Below, one piece after another: positions 30,590 to 40,135 of a stretch of 64,000 bases of DNA (position 1 is its first letter; each line of letters starts with the position of its first letter). Below the pieces are notes generated by a model. It had not been told where the DNA came from. It saw only the letters and a list, made by a program, of their open reading frames with translations, and did no database searches. Source of the stretch: an uncultured Actinomycetota bacterium. Its GTDB lineage: Bacteria > Actinomycetota > Actinomycetes > Propionibacteriales > Nocardioidaceae. Location of the stretch: NCBI GenBank assembly GCA_963834315.1, contig CAWIAY010000002.1, forward strand, positions 4,730 to 68,729, given 5' to 3'. Both the position numbers and the translations under genes were made by a program.

Positions 30590-31453
30590 ATGCGCGGAAT
30601 CATCCTGGCCGGCGGGACCGGATCACGACTGCACCCGATCACGCTCGGTGTCAGCAAGCAGCTGATCCCGGTGTACGACAAGCCGATGATCTACTACCCG
30701 CTCTCGACGCTGATGCTGGCCGGGATCAGGGACGTGCTGGTGATCACCACCCCCGAGGACGCCAGTGCCTTCCATCGACTGCTGGGGGACGGGTCCAAGC
30801 TCGGCATCTCCTTGACCTACGCCGTCCAGGACGCGCCCAACGGGCTCGCCGAGGCGTTCATCATCGGTGAGGAGCACATCGGCGACGACGCCGTGGGGCT
30901 GATCCTCGGCGACAACCTGTTCTACGGGCCAGGACTCGGCACGCACCTGCAGGACATGGCGGAGCCCGAGGGAGCCACCATCTTCGGCTACCGGGTCGCC
31001 GATCCGACCGCCTACGGCGTCGTCGAGTTCGACGCCTCCGGTCGCGCCATCTCCTTGGAGGAGAAGCCCCAGAAGCCCAAGAGCAGCTATGCCGTGCCCG
31101 GTCTGTACTTCTACGGCAACGACGTCGTGAAGCTCGCCCACTCCCTGCGCCCCTCTGCGCGCGGTGAGCTGGAGATCACCGACCTGAACCGGATCTACCT
31201 CGAGCAGTCCCGCCTGACCGTCGAGATCCTGCAGCGTGGGACGGCCTGGCTCGACACAGGCACCGTGGACGACCTCAACGAGGCATCCAACTTCGTGCGA
31301 ACCATCGAGTCTCGACAAGGGCTGCGGATCGGGGTGCCCGAGGAGGCGGCCTGGCGGATGGGCTGGCTCAGCGACGACCAGCTCGCCGAGTGCGCCGCAC
31401 CCCTGACCAAGAGCGGCTACGGCACCTACCTGCTCAGCCTGCTGCAGCGCTAG
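30590..31453 (+). CDS. rfbA: Glucose-1-phosphate thymidylyltransferase
   Basis: [61 protein letters not shown]. Leaderless TAGGGT-N6-ATG. Confidence 0.96.
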   Translation: MRGIILAGGTGSRLHPITLGVSKQLIPVYDKPMIYYPLSTLMLAGIRDVLVITTPEDASAFHRLLGDGSKLGISLTYAVQDAPNGLAEAFIIGEEHIGDDAVGLILGDNLFYGPGLGTHLQDMAEPEGATIFGYRVADPTAYGVVEFDASGRAISLEEKPQKPKSSYAVPGLYFYGNDVVKLAHSLRPSARGELEITDLNRIYLEQSRLTVEILQRGTAWLDTGTVDDLNEASNFVRTIESRQGLRIGVPEEAAWRMGWLSDDQLAECAAPLTKSGYGTYLLSLLQR

Positions 31454-32513
31454 GACCGCGGAGCAGTCCTCTCCACGACTCCAACGACTCCGGAGTCATC
31501 GTGCGATCGCGACGGACCAGGTCGCGCGCCGAGCGCCCCTGCGAGAGCGCGTGGGCGACCGCGTCGACCCACTGGTCAGGGGTGGCGGCCGTCGCGGCCA
31601 GGCCCCCGGAGCCACCGAGCCGGTAGGGCCCCACCGGTGAGGCGACGACCGGGAGGCCGAGAGCGGCGTACTCCAACAGCTTGAGGTCGCTCTTGGCGTG
31701 GTTGAAGCGCTCGTCCACGAGCGGGGCCAGCCCGACTGACCACCGTGCCTGGTTGCGACGCAGCCAGGCCACGAAGCCTGGGTAGTGGGTCTTGAGCGGG
31801 AGCAGCCGTCGCGTGCCCGGCGGCAGGTCCGACGCGGTGATCCCGACGACCTCGATGACCACGGGTCTCGCCAACCGCGCGGTCAGGCGCTCCGGCAGCC
31901 CGTCGAGCAGGCAGAGGTCGTCGGCGTGGGTGCTGCTCCCCATGTAGAGAAGCCTGAGCTCCGCGTCCTCCCCGACCTCCAGGTCCGGGGCAGCGGGATC
32001 AGCATCGAACCAGAGCAGAGGATCGAGCTCGTTGGGCACCACTGACACCCGCCCGGGCCGAAGTGGTCCGACGAGATCTGCGAGGTGCCCGGTGCTGACG
32101 ATCACCTGGTCGGCCCTGCGCAGGATCCCGGCCAGCGCGTCGAGCTGGTCCAGCGCGTACCCCTGGTCCCCCAACCGAGCACGCGCCTCGTCGGTGACGA
32201 GATCGTCGTCGAGGTCGACCACGACACGAGTGCCCTCGTCGGTTGCACGCGCGACCAGCGCATCCACGCAGGTCGAGGGCACGGCGTCCCGCACCACCAG
32301 CAGGGTGTCGGGACGGGCGGACTCCCTCGCTGCATAGTCCTCCGCCGACACCCGGGTGAAGTCGAGACCGGACCCCGTGCTGTTGCGTGCCCTCCGGTGC
32401 ACCCGGATCGCCGCGGACGGCGGGGTTCGCCGCAGCCCGCCCTTGTCCACGATCGTGACCCGGTACGTCGAAGGCGCGGATGGTCGGCGCCTGAGCAACC
32501 CCTGCCGTCCCAT
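31434..32513 (-). CDS. GT-B glycosyltransferase (GT4-like)
   Basis: [55 protein letters not shown]. Start placed at ATG 32513 after GAGGAAGGA. Confidence 0.75.
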   Translation of the reverse strand: MGRQGLLRRRPSAPSTYRVTIVDKGGLRRTPPSAAIRVHRRARNSTGSGLDFTRVSAEDYAARESARPDTLLVVRDAVPSTCVDALVARATDEGTRVVVDLDDDLVTDEARARLGDQGYALDQLDALAGILRRADQVIVSTGHLADLVGPLRPGRVSVVPNELDPLLWFDADPAAPDLEVGEDAELRLLYMGSSTHADDLCLLDGLPERLTARLARPVVIEVVGITASDLPPGTRRLLPLKTHYPGFVAWLRRNQARWSVGLAPLVDERFNHAKSDLKLLEYAALGLPVVASPVGPYRLGGSGGLAATAATPDQWVDAVAHALSQGRSARDLVRRDRTMTPESLESWRGLLRGPSAAAG

Positions 32514-32616
32514 TCGCGTCGTCCTTCCTCGGTGCGACCGCCTCATGCTAGGTCGTCCCCGCTGGCCCGAGGAGCACCACCCGGCCCGCCTGCTTGCTTG
32601 GCCTACACTCGCGGCC

Positions 32617-33927
32617 ATGCGCGTATCGGTGATCGGCTGCGGCTATCTCGGCGTGACCCACGCCGCGGGGATGGCCGAGCTCGGCTACGACGTGATCGGT
32701 CTCGAGATCGACGCTGCCAGGGTGGCCGAGCTGTCGGCAGGCCGGGTGCCGTTCTACGAGCCGGGTCTCGAGGAGCTGCTCGCGCGGCACGTGCGCGAGG
32801 GCAACCTGCGGTTCACCACGTCGTACGAAGAGGCAGGCGCCTTCGCCGGCGTGCACTTCCTGTGTGTGGGCACTCCCCAGCAGGCGAACGGCCTCGGCGC
32901 CGACCTGAGCCAGGTCGAGGCCGCGGTCGCCTCGCTGGCGCCCCACGTCGTCGGCGACGCCCTCGTCGTCGGGAAGTCCACCGTGCCGGTCGGCACCGCC
33001 CAGCGCCTGGCCCCCCTCCTCGCCCAGGGTGCTCCGGTGGGCACGACGCCACGACTGGCGTGGAACCCCGAGTTCCTGCGCGAAGGCTTCGCCGTCAAGG
33101 ACACCCTCGCGCCCGATCGGCTCGTCTTCGGCGTGAGCGAGCCGACGGCCGAGGCGACCCTCCGCGAGGTCTACGCCAAGACGCTCGCCGACGGGACGCC
33201 GTGTGTCGTCACCGACCTGGCCACCTCGGAGCTGGTCAAGGTGTCGGCCAATGCCTTCTTGGCCACCAAGATCTCCTTCATCAACGCGATCGCCGAGATC
33301 TGCGAGGTGGCCGGCGCCGACGTGAAGGACCTGGCCGATGCACTCGGCCACGACGCCCGGATCGGCCGCAAGTTCCTCAATGCCGGCATCGGGTTCGGAG
33401 GCGGCTGCCTGCCCAAGGACGTCAGGGCGTTCCAGCACCGCGCCGGCGAGCTCGGCGTCGACCACCTCACCAGCCTGTTGCGCGAGGTCGACGCGATCAA
33501 CATGCATCGGCGCGACCGGGTCGTGGAGATGGCGCGGGACATGCTCGGTGACCTGGGTCAGGCGCGAGTTGCCGTGCTGGGAGCCGCGTTCAAGCCCGAC
33601 AGCGACGATGTCCGTGACTCGCCCGCCCTCTATGTCGCCGGGCAGCTGCACCTCGCGGGCGCCCAGGTGACGGTCTACGACCCGAAGGCCAACCACAACG
33701 CGCGTGGCCGGTTCCCGACCCTCGACTACGTCGACTCCACCGCGGCTGCCTGCGACCAGGCCGACCTGGTGCTCCACCTGACGGAGTGGCCGGAGTTCCG
33801 CTCGCTCGCTCCGGCCGACCTCGAGGACGTCGTCCGCCGGCGCCAGATCATCGACGGTCGCAACCTCCTCGACGCCGAGCCCTGGCGCGCTGCTGGTTGG
33901 ACCTTCCGGAGCATGGGCCGGCGTTGA
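32617..33927 (+). CDS. ugd: UDP-glucose/GDP-mannose 6-dehydrogenase
   Basis: VIGCGYLG, CVGTP, KSTVPVGT, NPEFLREG, ELVKVSANAFLATKISF, GFGGGCLPKD, FKPDSDDVRDSP, IDGRN. Leaderless TACACT-N7-ATG. Confidence 0.93.
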   Translation: MRVSVIGCGYLGVTHAAGMAELGYDVIGLEIDAARVAELSAGRVPFYEPGLEELLARHVREGNLRFTTSYEEAGAFAGVHFLCVGTPQQANGLGADLSQVEAAVASLAPHVVGDALVVGKSTVPVGTAQRLAPLLAQGAPVGTTPRLAWNPEFLREGFAVKDTLAPDRLVFGVSEPTAEATLREVYAKTLADGTPCVVTDLATSELVKVSANAFLATKISFINAIAEICEVAGADVKDLADALGHDARIGRKFLNAGIGFGGGCLPKDVRAFQHRAGELGVDHLTSLLREVDAINMHRRDRVVEMARDMLGDLGQARVAVLGAAFKPDSDDVRDSPALYVAGQLHLAGAQVTVYDPKANHNARGRFPTLDYVDSTAAACDQADLVLHLTEWPEFRSLAPADLEDVVRRRQIIDGRNLLDAEPWRAAGWTFRSMGRR

Positions 33928-36900
33928 GTCGGCAGCACGGCCGTGCCCTCGCGGACCTCCTCGTCGACGGCCGGCGCGTGGTGGTGCTGCACGACCCGTT
34001 CCTCACCGAGGAGGAGGTCAGCGGGCTCGACCTCCCCGCGTCCCTCACCGTGTGCGACCTCTCCCGAGCCCAGCCGGATCCGGGCGAGGTCGACGGGGTG
34101 CTGCTGGCCGTCGCAGACCTCACCGGGCTTCGCCGCTGCGTCACTGCCGTGAGCGCAGACCTGACGGCAGCGACCATCGGCACCATCGTGGTGCGGGGTG
34201 GCCCGACCCCACCCGTCCTCCTCCCGCACCCCTCGTGGCCGCCACTGAGCAGCCTGGACGTGCAGGTGGGTGAGCCCACCATCTCGATCGCGTGCTTCGC
34301 GGCGCCCGCACCGGCGCGACGCGTGCTCGCGGCGCTCGCTCGGTCAGTCGCACCTGGCGCGACCACCACGGCCGGGTGGCCCAGCACCGGAGCCCCACTG
34401 TCGGAGCCCCATCGTTGGCCGGTGGTCGACCTGGGCACCCGCGTCGGCGAGGCTGCCCACGTCCAGGACGTGACAGTGGACTTTCCTCCGGCACTGGTGG
34501 TCTCGAAGGACCCGTGGACTCTGGACCGGGTCGAGCACCCCGTCACCGGAAGGGCGCCGGTGACGGTCGCGGTCGGCGAGGAGCCGGTCTGGGACGAGCC
34601 TCCTGCTGACCTCGCGGACGCGCTCCGCCTGGCTGGACCGACCTCGCTGGGCCCGCTCGACGAGAGGCTGCTCAATCCGATCGGGTTCAAGCGGCAGCAC
34701 CGCAGGCCGGTGGCCCGGCTGGTCCCCCACGAGCACGCCGACCTGCTGGGTCTCCGCACCGCGGACGGGGTCACCGGCCTCGACGCGCGACATGGCCCGT
34801 CACCGGGCGACATCGAGGGACTGCGCCGCCTCGCCGGGATCCACCTCGGCTGGGAGGGCGCCCGCGGACCACACGCCTACGCACGCTACGTGGCGGGCCT
34901 GGCCATGGCCGGAGTCCCCCTGACGAGCCACCAGACGCCGGAGTGGGCGGCGAGTCTTCTGCATCCGGCGCTCATCACGGCGCTCGACAGCGCCCCACCG
35001 CATCTCGACGACATCGTCGAGCGTGAGGCCTACAGCATCCGGCTCCGACGCGCGGCCCTGGACCATCACGGCCAGGTCGGCTGGCGGCGCGATGCCGGCA
35101 CCGTGCACGGGCTGCAGACGACGCCCGCCCCGCGTGTCTCGGTGCTGCTGCCGACGCGACGACCCGAGCAGGTCACGTTCGCGCTGCGCCAGGTCTCCCG
35201 GCAGCGTGGAGTCGATCTCGAGCTGGTGCTCGTCACGCACGGCTTCGCAGCCGATCCGGCCGTCCTCGAGGAGTTCCGCCGCTCGACCGACGTACCCCTG
35301 AGCGCCATCGAGGCCCCGGCAGACCTGATGTTCGGCGCGGTGCTCAACCTGGCGGCCCGGGCGGCGTCGGGTGACCTGCTCCTCAAGATGGACGACGACG
35401 ACTGGTACGGCCGAGACTTCCTGGCCGACCTGCTGCTGGCTCGGCGCTACAGCGGGGCCGACGTGGTCGGCACCCCGCCCGAGTTCACGTTCGTGGAGCC
35501 GCTCTGGCTGACCGTGCGGCGCCAGGACGCCACCGAGGCCTTCCGACCCGTCGTGGCGGGCGGCACCATGCTCATCGACCGAAGCGCCTTCGTCGCGCTC
35601 GGAGGATTCCGGGAGACCCGGAAGTTCGTGGACGCCGGCCTGCTCGCGGCCGTGATCGACGCAGGTGGGACCGTCTACCGCAGCCACGGCCACGGCTACG
35701 TCCTTCGCCGTGGCACCCAAGGGCACACCTGGGACCCGGGCCTGGGCTACTTCGTGGGACGCAAGCTGTCCTGGCAGCAGTGGCGCGGCTTCCGGCCGAG
35801 CCCGTTGCTCGAGGCGGATGAGCTGCGACGTGCCGCAACGGGCCGCGAACGACGACGAGGGAGGGAGTCAGGCATGACCAGTGTCTCGACAGGCCGGCAG
35901 GAGCAGCCTCGGGTGCGCGGGAACGACTGGCCGGGCCTGTCGCCCGCGACGTTGGGCGAGTGGGCACCGACCCTCTCGGTGAGCATCGTGATCCCGGCGT
36001 ACGGCGCAGCCCGGACGCTGCCCTACACCCTTGCCGCACTCGCCCTCCAGAGCTATCCCGACGATCTCCTCGAGGTGGTGGTCGTCGACGACGGCACGGA
36101 GCCGCCCCTGGAGCTGCCGGAGCGCCGCCCCACCAACACCCGGATCGTGCGCACGACCGAGTCGTGGGGACGCGCGCACGCCTGCCACACGGGCGCGCTC
36201 GCCTCGAGCGGTCGGATCATCCACTGGCTGGACGCCGACATGCTCCCGCACCGTGACGAGGTCGAGGCACAGCTGCGCTGGCACCACCTCGTCGACCACG
36301 CGGTGGTGATGGGACACAAGCTGTTCGTCGACGTCTCCGACGAAGCGGGGGGCCTGCCCGACCTCGAGGACACCCTGGACGCCGTGGCCGCGGGACGCGC
36401 GACAGGCCTGTTCGCCGATCGTTGGACCTCCGGCCACGAGTGGGTCGAGGAGCACATCGGCAAGACCCAGGGACTGACCCACAACCCGACCCGGAGCTAC
36501 CTCGTGCACACGGGGGCGAGCGCCTCGGTGCCGCGCGACCTCTACGACGAGTCGGGTGGGATGGCCGCCGACCTCAAGCTCGGCGAGGACGTCGAGCTCG
36601 GCTACCGGCTGGCCCAGCAGGGGGCGCTCTTCGTGCCTGACGACCATGCCCGGTCCTGGCACCTCGGGCGCACCACGCTGATGCAGCAGCAGGACGAGGT
36701 GAACCGCTACAACAGGCCCTTCGTCACCGACCGGGTGCCTGACCTACGTCATTGGCGCACCAAGGGCAGGAGCTACACGGTGCCCTGGATCCGTGCGGTC
36801 GTCGACGTGCGCGGCGCGCGGCTCGAGGCCGTCAAGCACTCGGTCGACGCCCTGCTCACCGGGTCCGCCCACGATGTCGAGGTGGTCCTCCTGGGGGCGT

Positions 36901-37478
36901 GGGGCGGACTGGGTGACGAGCGCCGCTCCCCGCTGGGCGATCCTGACCGGGAGCTGCGGCTGGTGCAGGCCGAGTATGCCGGTGAGGGCCGGGTCAGCTT
37001 CGCCGAGTCGACCGCGGCGACGGCCTTCCCGGCGCCGTACCGGCTGCTGCTTCCCGCGGGATGGGCACCGGAGCGGGACGCGGTGGCCCGGCTGGCGCGC
37101 GAGATGTCCAAGCTCGACCGGGGACTGGTGTCCGTCCTGCTCGGCGACGGCCAGGTCGCCCGCCTCGAACGCACCTCGGCGTTCGCCCGCGCGCGGCGAC
37201 TGCTCGTACCAGGCGAGGTCGTCGACGACGCCGTCGACGACGTCTCGGGCACCTGGTGGTTCGACGGCCGCGAGGAGGGCTTCACCTGGGTGGAGGATGC
37301 GGGCGACGACAGCCGGGCCGGCGAGGGCCCGAGCAGTCCCAGCGGTCCCAGGCCGAGCAGACGCGGCAGCGCGAGCCGCGAGGACATCGCGGGTGCGGAT
37401 GAGGAGGGCACAGAGGAGCCGGCGGCGGATTCCTTGAGCGACAAGGCCCGCCGGGCGCTCAGGCGCCGTACCCGCTGA
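33924..37478 (+). CDS. Double GT2 glycosyltransferase; apparent in-frame fusion of two formerly coupled genes (internal RBS+ATG at 35874)
   Basis: TTG overlaps the ugd stop. First GT2: [17 protein letters not shown]. Second GT2: SIVIPAY..VVDDG..WLDADM..GEDVELG. Arg-rich linker 35820-35873; GAGGGAG RBS and ATGA at 35874-35877. Confidence 0.75.
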   Translation: MSRQHGRALADLLVDGRRVVVLHDPFLTEEEVSGLDLPASLTVCDLSRAQPDPGEVDGVLLAVADLTGLRRCVTAVSADLTAATIGTIVVRGGPTPPVLLPHPSWPPLSSLDVQVGEPTISIACFAAPAPARRVLAALARSVAPGATTTAGWPSTGAPLSEPHRWPVVDLGTRVGEAAHVQDVTVDFPPALVVSKDPWTLDRVEHPVTGRAPVTVAVGEEPVWDEPPADLADALRLAGPTSLGPLDERLLNPIGFKRQHRRPVARLVPHEHADLLGLRTADGVTGLDARHGPSPGDIEGLRRLAGIHLGWEGARGPHAYARYVAGLAMAGVPLTSHQTPEWAASLLHPALITALDSAPPHLDDIVEREAYSIRLRRAALDHHGQVGWRRDAGTVHGLQTTPAPRVSVLLPTRRPEQVTFALRQVSRQRGVDLELVLVTHGFAADPAVLEEFRRSTDVPLSAIEAPADLMFGAVLNLAARAASGDLLLKMDDDDWYGRDFLADLLLARRYSGADVVGTPPEFTFVEPLWLTVRRQDATEAFRPVVAGGTMLIDRSAFVALGGFRETRKFVDAGLLAAVIDAGGTVYRSHGHGYVLRRGTQGHTWDPGLGYFVGRKLSWQQWRGFRPSPLLEADELRRAATGRERRRGRESGMTSVSTGRQEQPRVRGNDWPGLSPATLGEWAPTLSVSIVIPAYGAARTLPYTLAALALQSYPDDLLEVVVVDDGTEPPLELPERRPTNTRIVRTTESWGRAHACHTGALASSGRIIHWLDADMLPHRDEVEAQLRWHHLVDHAVVMGHKLFVDVSDEAGGLPDLEDTLDAVAAGRATGLFADRWTSGHEWVEEHIGKTQGLTHNPTRSYLVHTGASASVPRDLYDESGGMAADLKLGEDVELGYRLAQQGALFVPDDHARSWHLGRTTLMQQQDEVNRYNRPFVTDRVPDLRHWRTKGRSYTVPWIRAVVDVRGARLEAVKHSVDALLTGSAHDVEVVLLGAWGGLGDERRSPLGDPDRELRLVQAEYAGEGRVSFAESTAATAFPAPYRLLLPAGWAPERDAVARLAREMSKLDRGLVSVLLGDGQVARLERTSAFARARRLLVPGEVVDDAVDDVSGTWWFDGREEGFTWVEDAGDDSRAGEGPSSPSGPRPSRRGSASREDIAGADEEGTEEPAADSLSDKARRALRRRTR

Positions 37479-37488
37479 GCATGCGAGG

Positions 37489-38733
37489 ATGAGCGACGTG
37501 GCAGCGGACCCTTCGACGGGCTCAGGACGACGCGGGCGCGAGCAGGTCGTCGTCGGGGTCGGGGACGGCGCTGCCGGGTTCGCCGGCCACGACCGCGGCG
37601 GCAGCACGCCGGGCGGGCTGGCCACGCAGGACATGGTGCTCAACATCGGCCCGCAGCACCCCGCCACCCACGGTGTCCTCCGGCTCAAGATCACCCTCGA
37701 CGGCGAGCGGATCGTCGACTGCGACCCGATCGTGGGCTACATGCACCGCGGCGTGGAGAAGCTCTTCGAGGTCCGCGACTACCGGCAGATCATCGTCCTG
37801 GCCAACCGACACGACTGGCTCTCGGCGTTCTCCAGCGAGCTCGGCGTCGTGCTCGCGGTCGAGCGGATGCTGGGCATGGAGGTGCCGCAGCGAGCCGTGT
37901 GGCTCCGCACGATGCTCGCCGAGCTCAACCGGGTGCTCAACCACCTGATGTTCCTGGGCTCCTACCCCATCGAGCTCGGGGCGATCACGCCGATCTTCTA
38001 CGCCTTCCGCGAGCGCGAGACGCTCCAGGCGGTGATGGAGGAGATCTCCGGCGGCCGGATGCACTACATGTTCAACCGCGTCGGTGGCCTCAAGGAGGAC
38101 ATCCCGGCCGGCTGGCTGGACCGCGTCGAGGACGCAGCCACGGCCGTGCGCACGCGGATGCCCCAGCTGGAGGACCTGATCTTCGGCAACGACATCTTCC
38201 GGGCCCGGACCAGGGGCGTCGGCGTGCTCTCGCCGGAGCTCATCGACGCCTACGGTGTGAGCGGCCCGATCGCCCGCGCGTCGGGGGTGGACTTCGACCT
38301 GCGACGCGACGAGCCCTACCTCGCCTACCCCGAGCTCGTCGCCGACGGCGTGATGCAGGTCGTCACCCAGGAGGAGGGCGACTGCTACGCACGGTTCGGG
38401 ATGCTGCTCGACCAGGTGCAGGTCTCCCTCGACCTCGTGGAGGCGTGCGTGGACCGGCTGCGTTCCCTGGACCGCGGACCGGTGAACGTCCGGCTGCCCA
38501 AGATCCTCAAGGCCCCCGAGGGCGCGACCTACGCCTGGACCGAGAACCCGCTGGGCGTCAACGGCTACTACCTCGTCTCCCGGGGCGAGAAGACGCCGTG
38601 GCGGATGAAGCTGCGCAGCGCCTCGTTCAACAACATCGCGGTCCTTCCCGAGGTGCTCAACGGGTGCGTCGTCGCCGACATGGTGGCCATCCTCGGCTCG
38701 ATGTTCTTCGTCGTCGGCGACATCGACAAGTGA
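37489..38733 (+). CDS. nuoD: Stand-alone NADH-quinone oxidoreductase subunit D paralog (NuoD2-like)
   Basis: [69 protein letters not shown]. No other nuo genes nearby and no NiFe CxxC motifs. Confidence 0.9.
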   Translation: MSDVAADPSTGSGRRGREQVVVGVGDGAAGFAGHDRGGSTPGGLATQDMVLNIGPQHPATHGVLRLKITLDGERIVDCDPIVGYMHRGVEKLFEVRDYRQIIVLANRHDWLSAFSSELGVVLAVERMLGMEVPQRAVWLRTMLAELNRVLNHLMFLGSYPIELGAITPIFYAFRERETLQAVMEEISGGRMHYMFNRVGGLKEDIPAGWLDRVEDAATAVRTRMPQLEDLIFGNDIFRARTRGVGVLSPELIDAYGVSGPIARASGVDFDLRRDEPYLAYPELVADGVMQVVTQEEGDCYARFGMLLDQVQVSLDLVEACVDRLRSLDRGPVNVRLPKILKAPEGATYAWTENPLGVNGYYLVSRGEKTPWRMKLRSASFNNIAVLPEVLNGCVVADMVAILGSMFFVVGDIDK

Positions 38734-38776
38734 CGGCCCCGCACGCCGAGCTTGCTCGGGTGCGGACGAGGCCGTC

Positions 38777-39040
38777 AGGTTGAGGAGCGGGGCTCCCGCC
38801 GAGCCTGCGAGGTGAGCAGCGCGTCTCGCGGCCGAGCCTCGCGAGGACGCGAACGGGGCGGGAGGTTGAGGAGCCGGACTGCGACCGAGCCCGCGAGGGC
38901 GCAGCCCAGGCGTCTCGAAACCCCTGCCTGCCCCGAACCGCACGTATCAATCGCCCGGAGGCACGTCTCAACTCCCCGGAGGCACGTCTGAACATGGCTG
39001 GGGGCCGAGCCTGCGAGGGGGAGCACCGCGTCTCGAAACC
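38777..39040 (+). repeat. Cluster of REP-like intergenic repeats
   Basis: AGGTTGAGGAG x2 (about 38777, 38863), CCGAGCCYGCGAGG x3 plus one variant, GCGTCTCG(AAACC) x3, and CCCGGAGGCACGTCT x2 (38954, 38975). Confidence 0.7.
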
Positions 39041-39067
39041 ACCCCGGCCCCCGGTATCGTGCAGCCC

Positions 39068-40135
39068 ATGTCCCCTGAGCCCGACCACGCCGCCACGGCG
39101 GGTGCCCGCAAGCTCGTGATCGTGACCGGGTCGGGCCGCAGCGGGACCAGCACGGTGACCGGCAGCCTGAAGATGCTCGGCTGCTACATCCCGCAACCGG
39201 AGATCCCCGCGAACGAAGCCAACCCCCGCGGCTACTTCGAGCCCACCTGGACCGTCGAGTTCCAGAAGCGGGTCCTCGCCGACGCCGGCGTGCGCACCCT
39301 CGACGCGCGCCCCGAGGCCTACGAGCTGATGCAGCCGACGTGTGCCAAGGCGTCGTTCCAGGACGAGCTCAGCGCCTGGTTCGCCACCCAGCTCGAGGGC
39401 CAGCAGATCGTGGTGAAGGACCCGCGCTCGTTCTGGCTGCGCAACCTGTGGGTCCCCACCGTCGCCGGCCTCGGCGTCGACACCGTCTTCTTGACCATGC
39501 TGCGCCACCCGGCCGAGGTGGTGGGCTCGCGCGACATGCACTACCTGAAGAACGCCGACGACGACCGTCGGCTGGCGCGCGAGACCGGCAACCTCGGTGG
39601 CTGGGTCAACGTGGCCCTGACGAACGAGCGGGTCGGGCGCGAGAGCCCCAGGACCTTCGTGCACTACACCGACATGATCAGTGACTGGCGTTCCGCGATG
39701 CGCGAGGTCGGGGACAAGCTCGGGCTGTCGTACGACGCCGACCTCAGCGGTGACGCGCACCACCCGATCGACGACTTCATCGACTCCAGCCTCCACCGCT
39801 CCCAGGTGGGCTTCGACGACCTCGACGTGCCCGCTCAGCTCGTCGAGATCGCTGCCACGGTGTGGGAGAACCTCGACGCCCTGGCTCGGGACCCCTACGA
39901 CGAGGCCGCCATGAAGAGCAACGACGAGATGCGCGAGGCCTACGGCCAGCTGCACACCTACTCCGTCGCCCTCAGCCAGGACCACACCAACTACTCCGTC
40001 GACGTGGCTCGGGCGCAGGCCCGCCGCCGCGTCACCCGGGAGCTCCAGCAGCAGGCCCCGGCGGCCGTGTCCTCGCTGCCACGGCGCGTCGTGCGCAAGG
40101 TCCGGTCGCTGGCCCACCGGAGAGCATCACGATGA
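39068..40135 (+). CDS. Sulfotransferase-like P-loop protein
   Basis: IVTGSGRSGTSTVTG, NPRGYFEP, VVKDPR, MLRHPAEVVGS, FVHYTDMISDW. Leaderless TATCGT-N7-ATG; ATGA overlap with the next gene. Confidence 0.75.
   Translation: MSPEPDHAATAGARKLVIVTGSGRSGTSTVTGSLKMLGCYIPQPEIPANEANPRGYFEPTWTVEFQKRVLADAGVRTLDARPEAYELMQPTCAKASFQDELSAWFATQLEGQQIVVKDPRSFWLRNLWVPTVAGLGVDTVFLTMLRHPAEVVGSRDMHYLKNADDDRRLARETGNLGGWVNVALTNERVGRESPRTFVHYTDMISDWRSAMREVGDKLGLSYDADLSGDAHHPIDDFIDSSLHRSQVGFDDLDVPAQLVEIAATVWENLDALARDPYDEAAMKSNDEMREAYGQLHTYSVALSQDHTNYSVDVARAQARRRVTRELQQQAPAAVSSLPRRVVRKVRSLAHRRASR

Noticed and set aside
38735-39060. Possible CRISPR array
   Set aside because: Units are degenerate and irregularly spaced, there are no constant repeats with unique spacers, and no cas genes are present.
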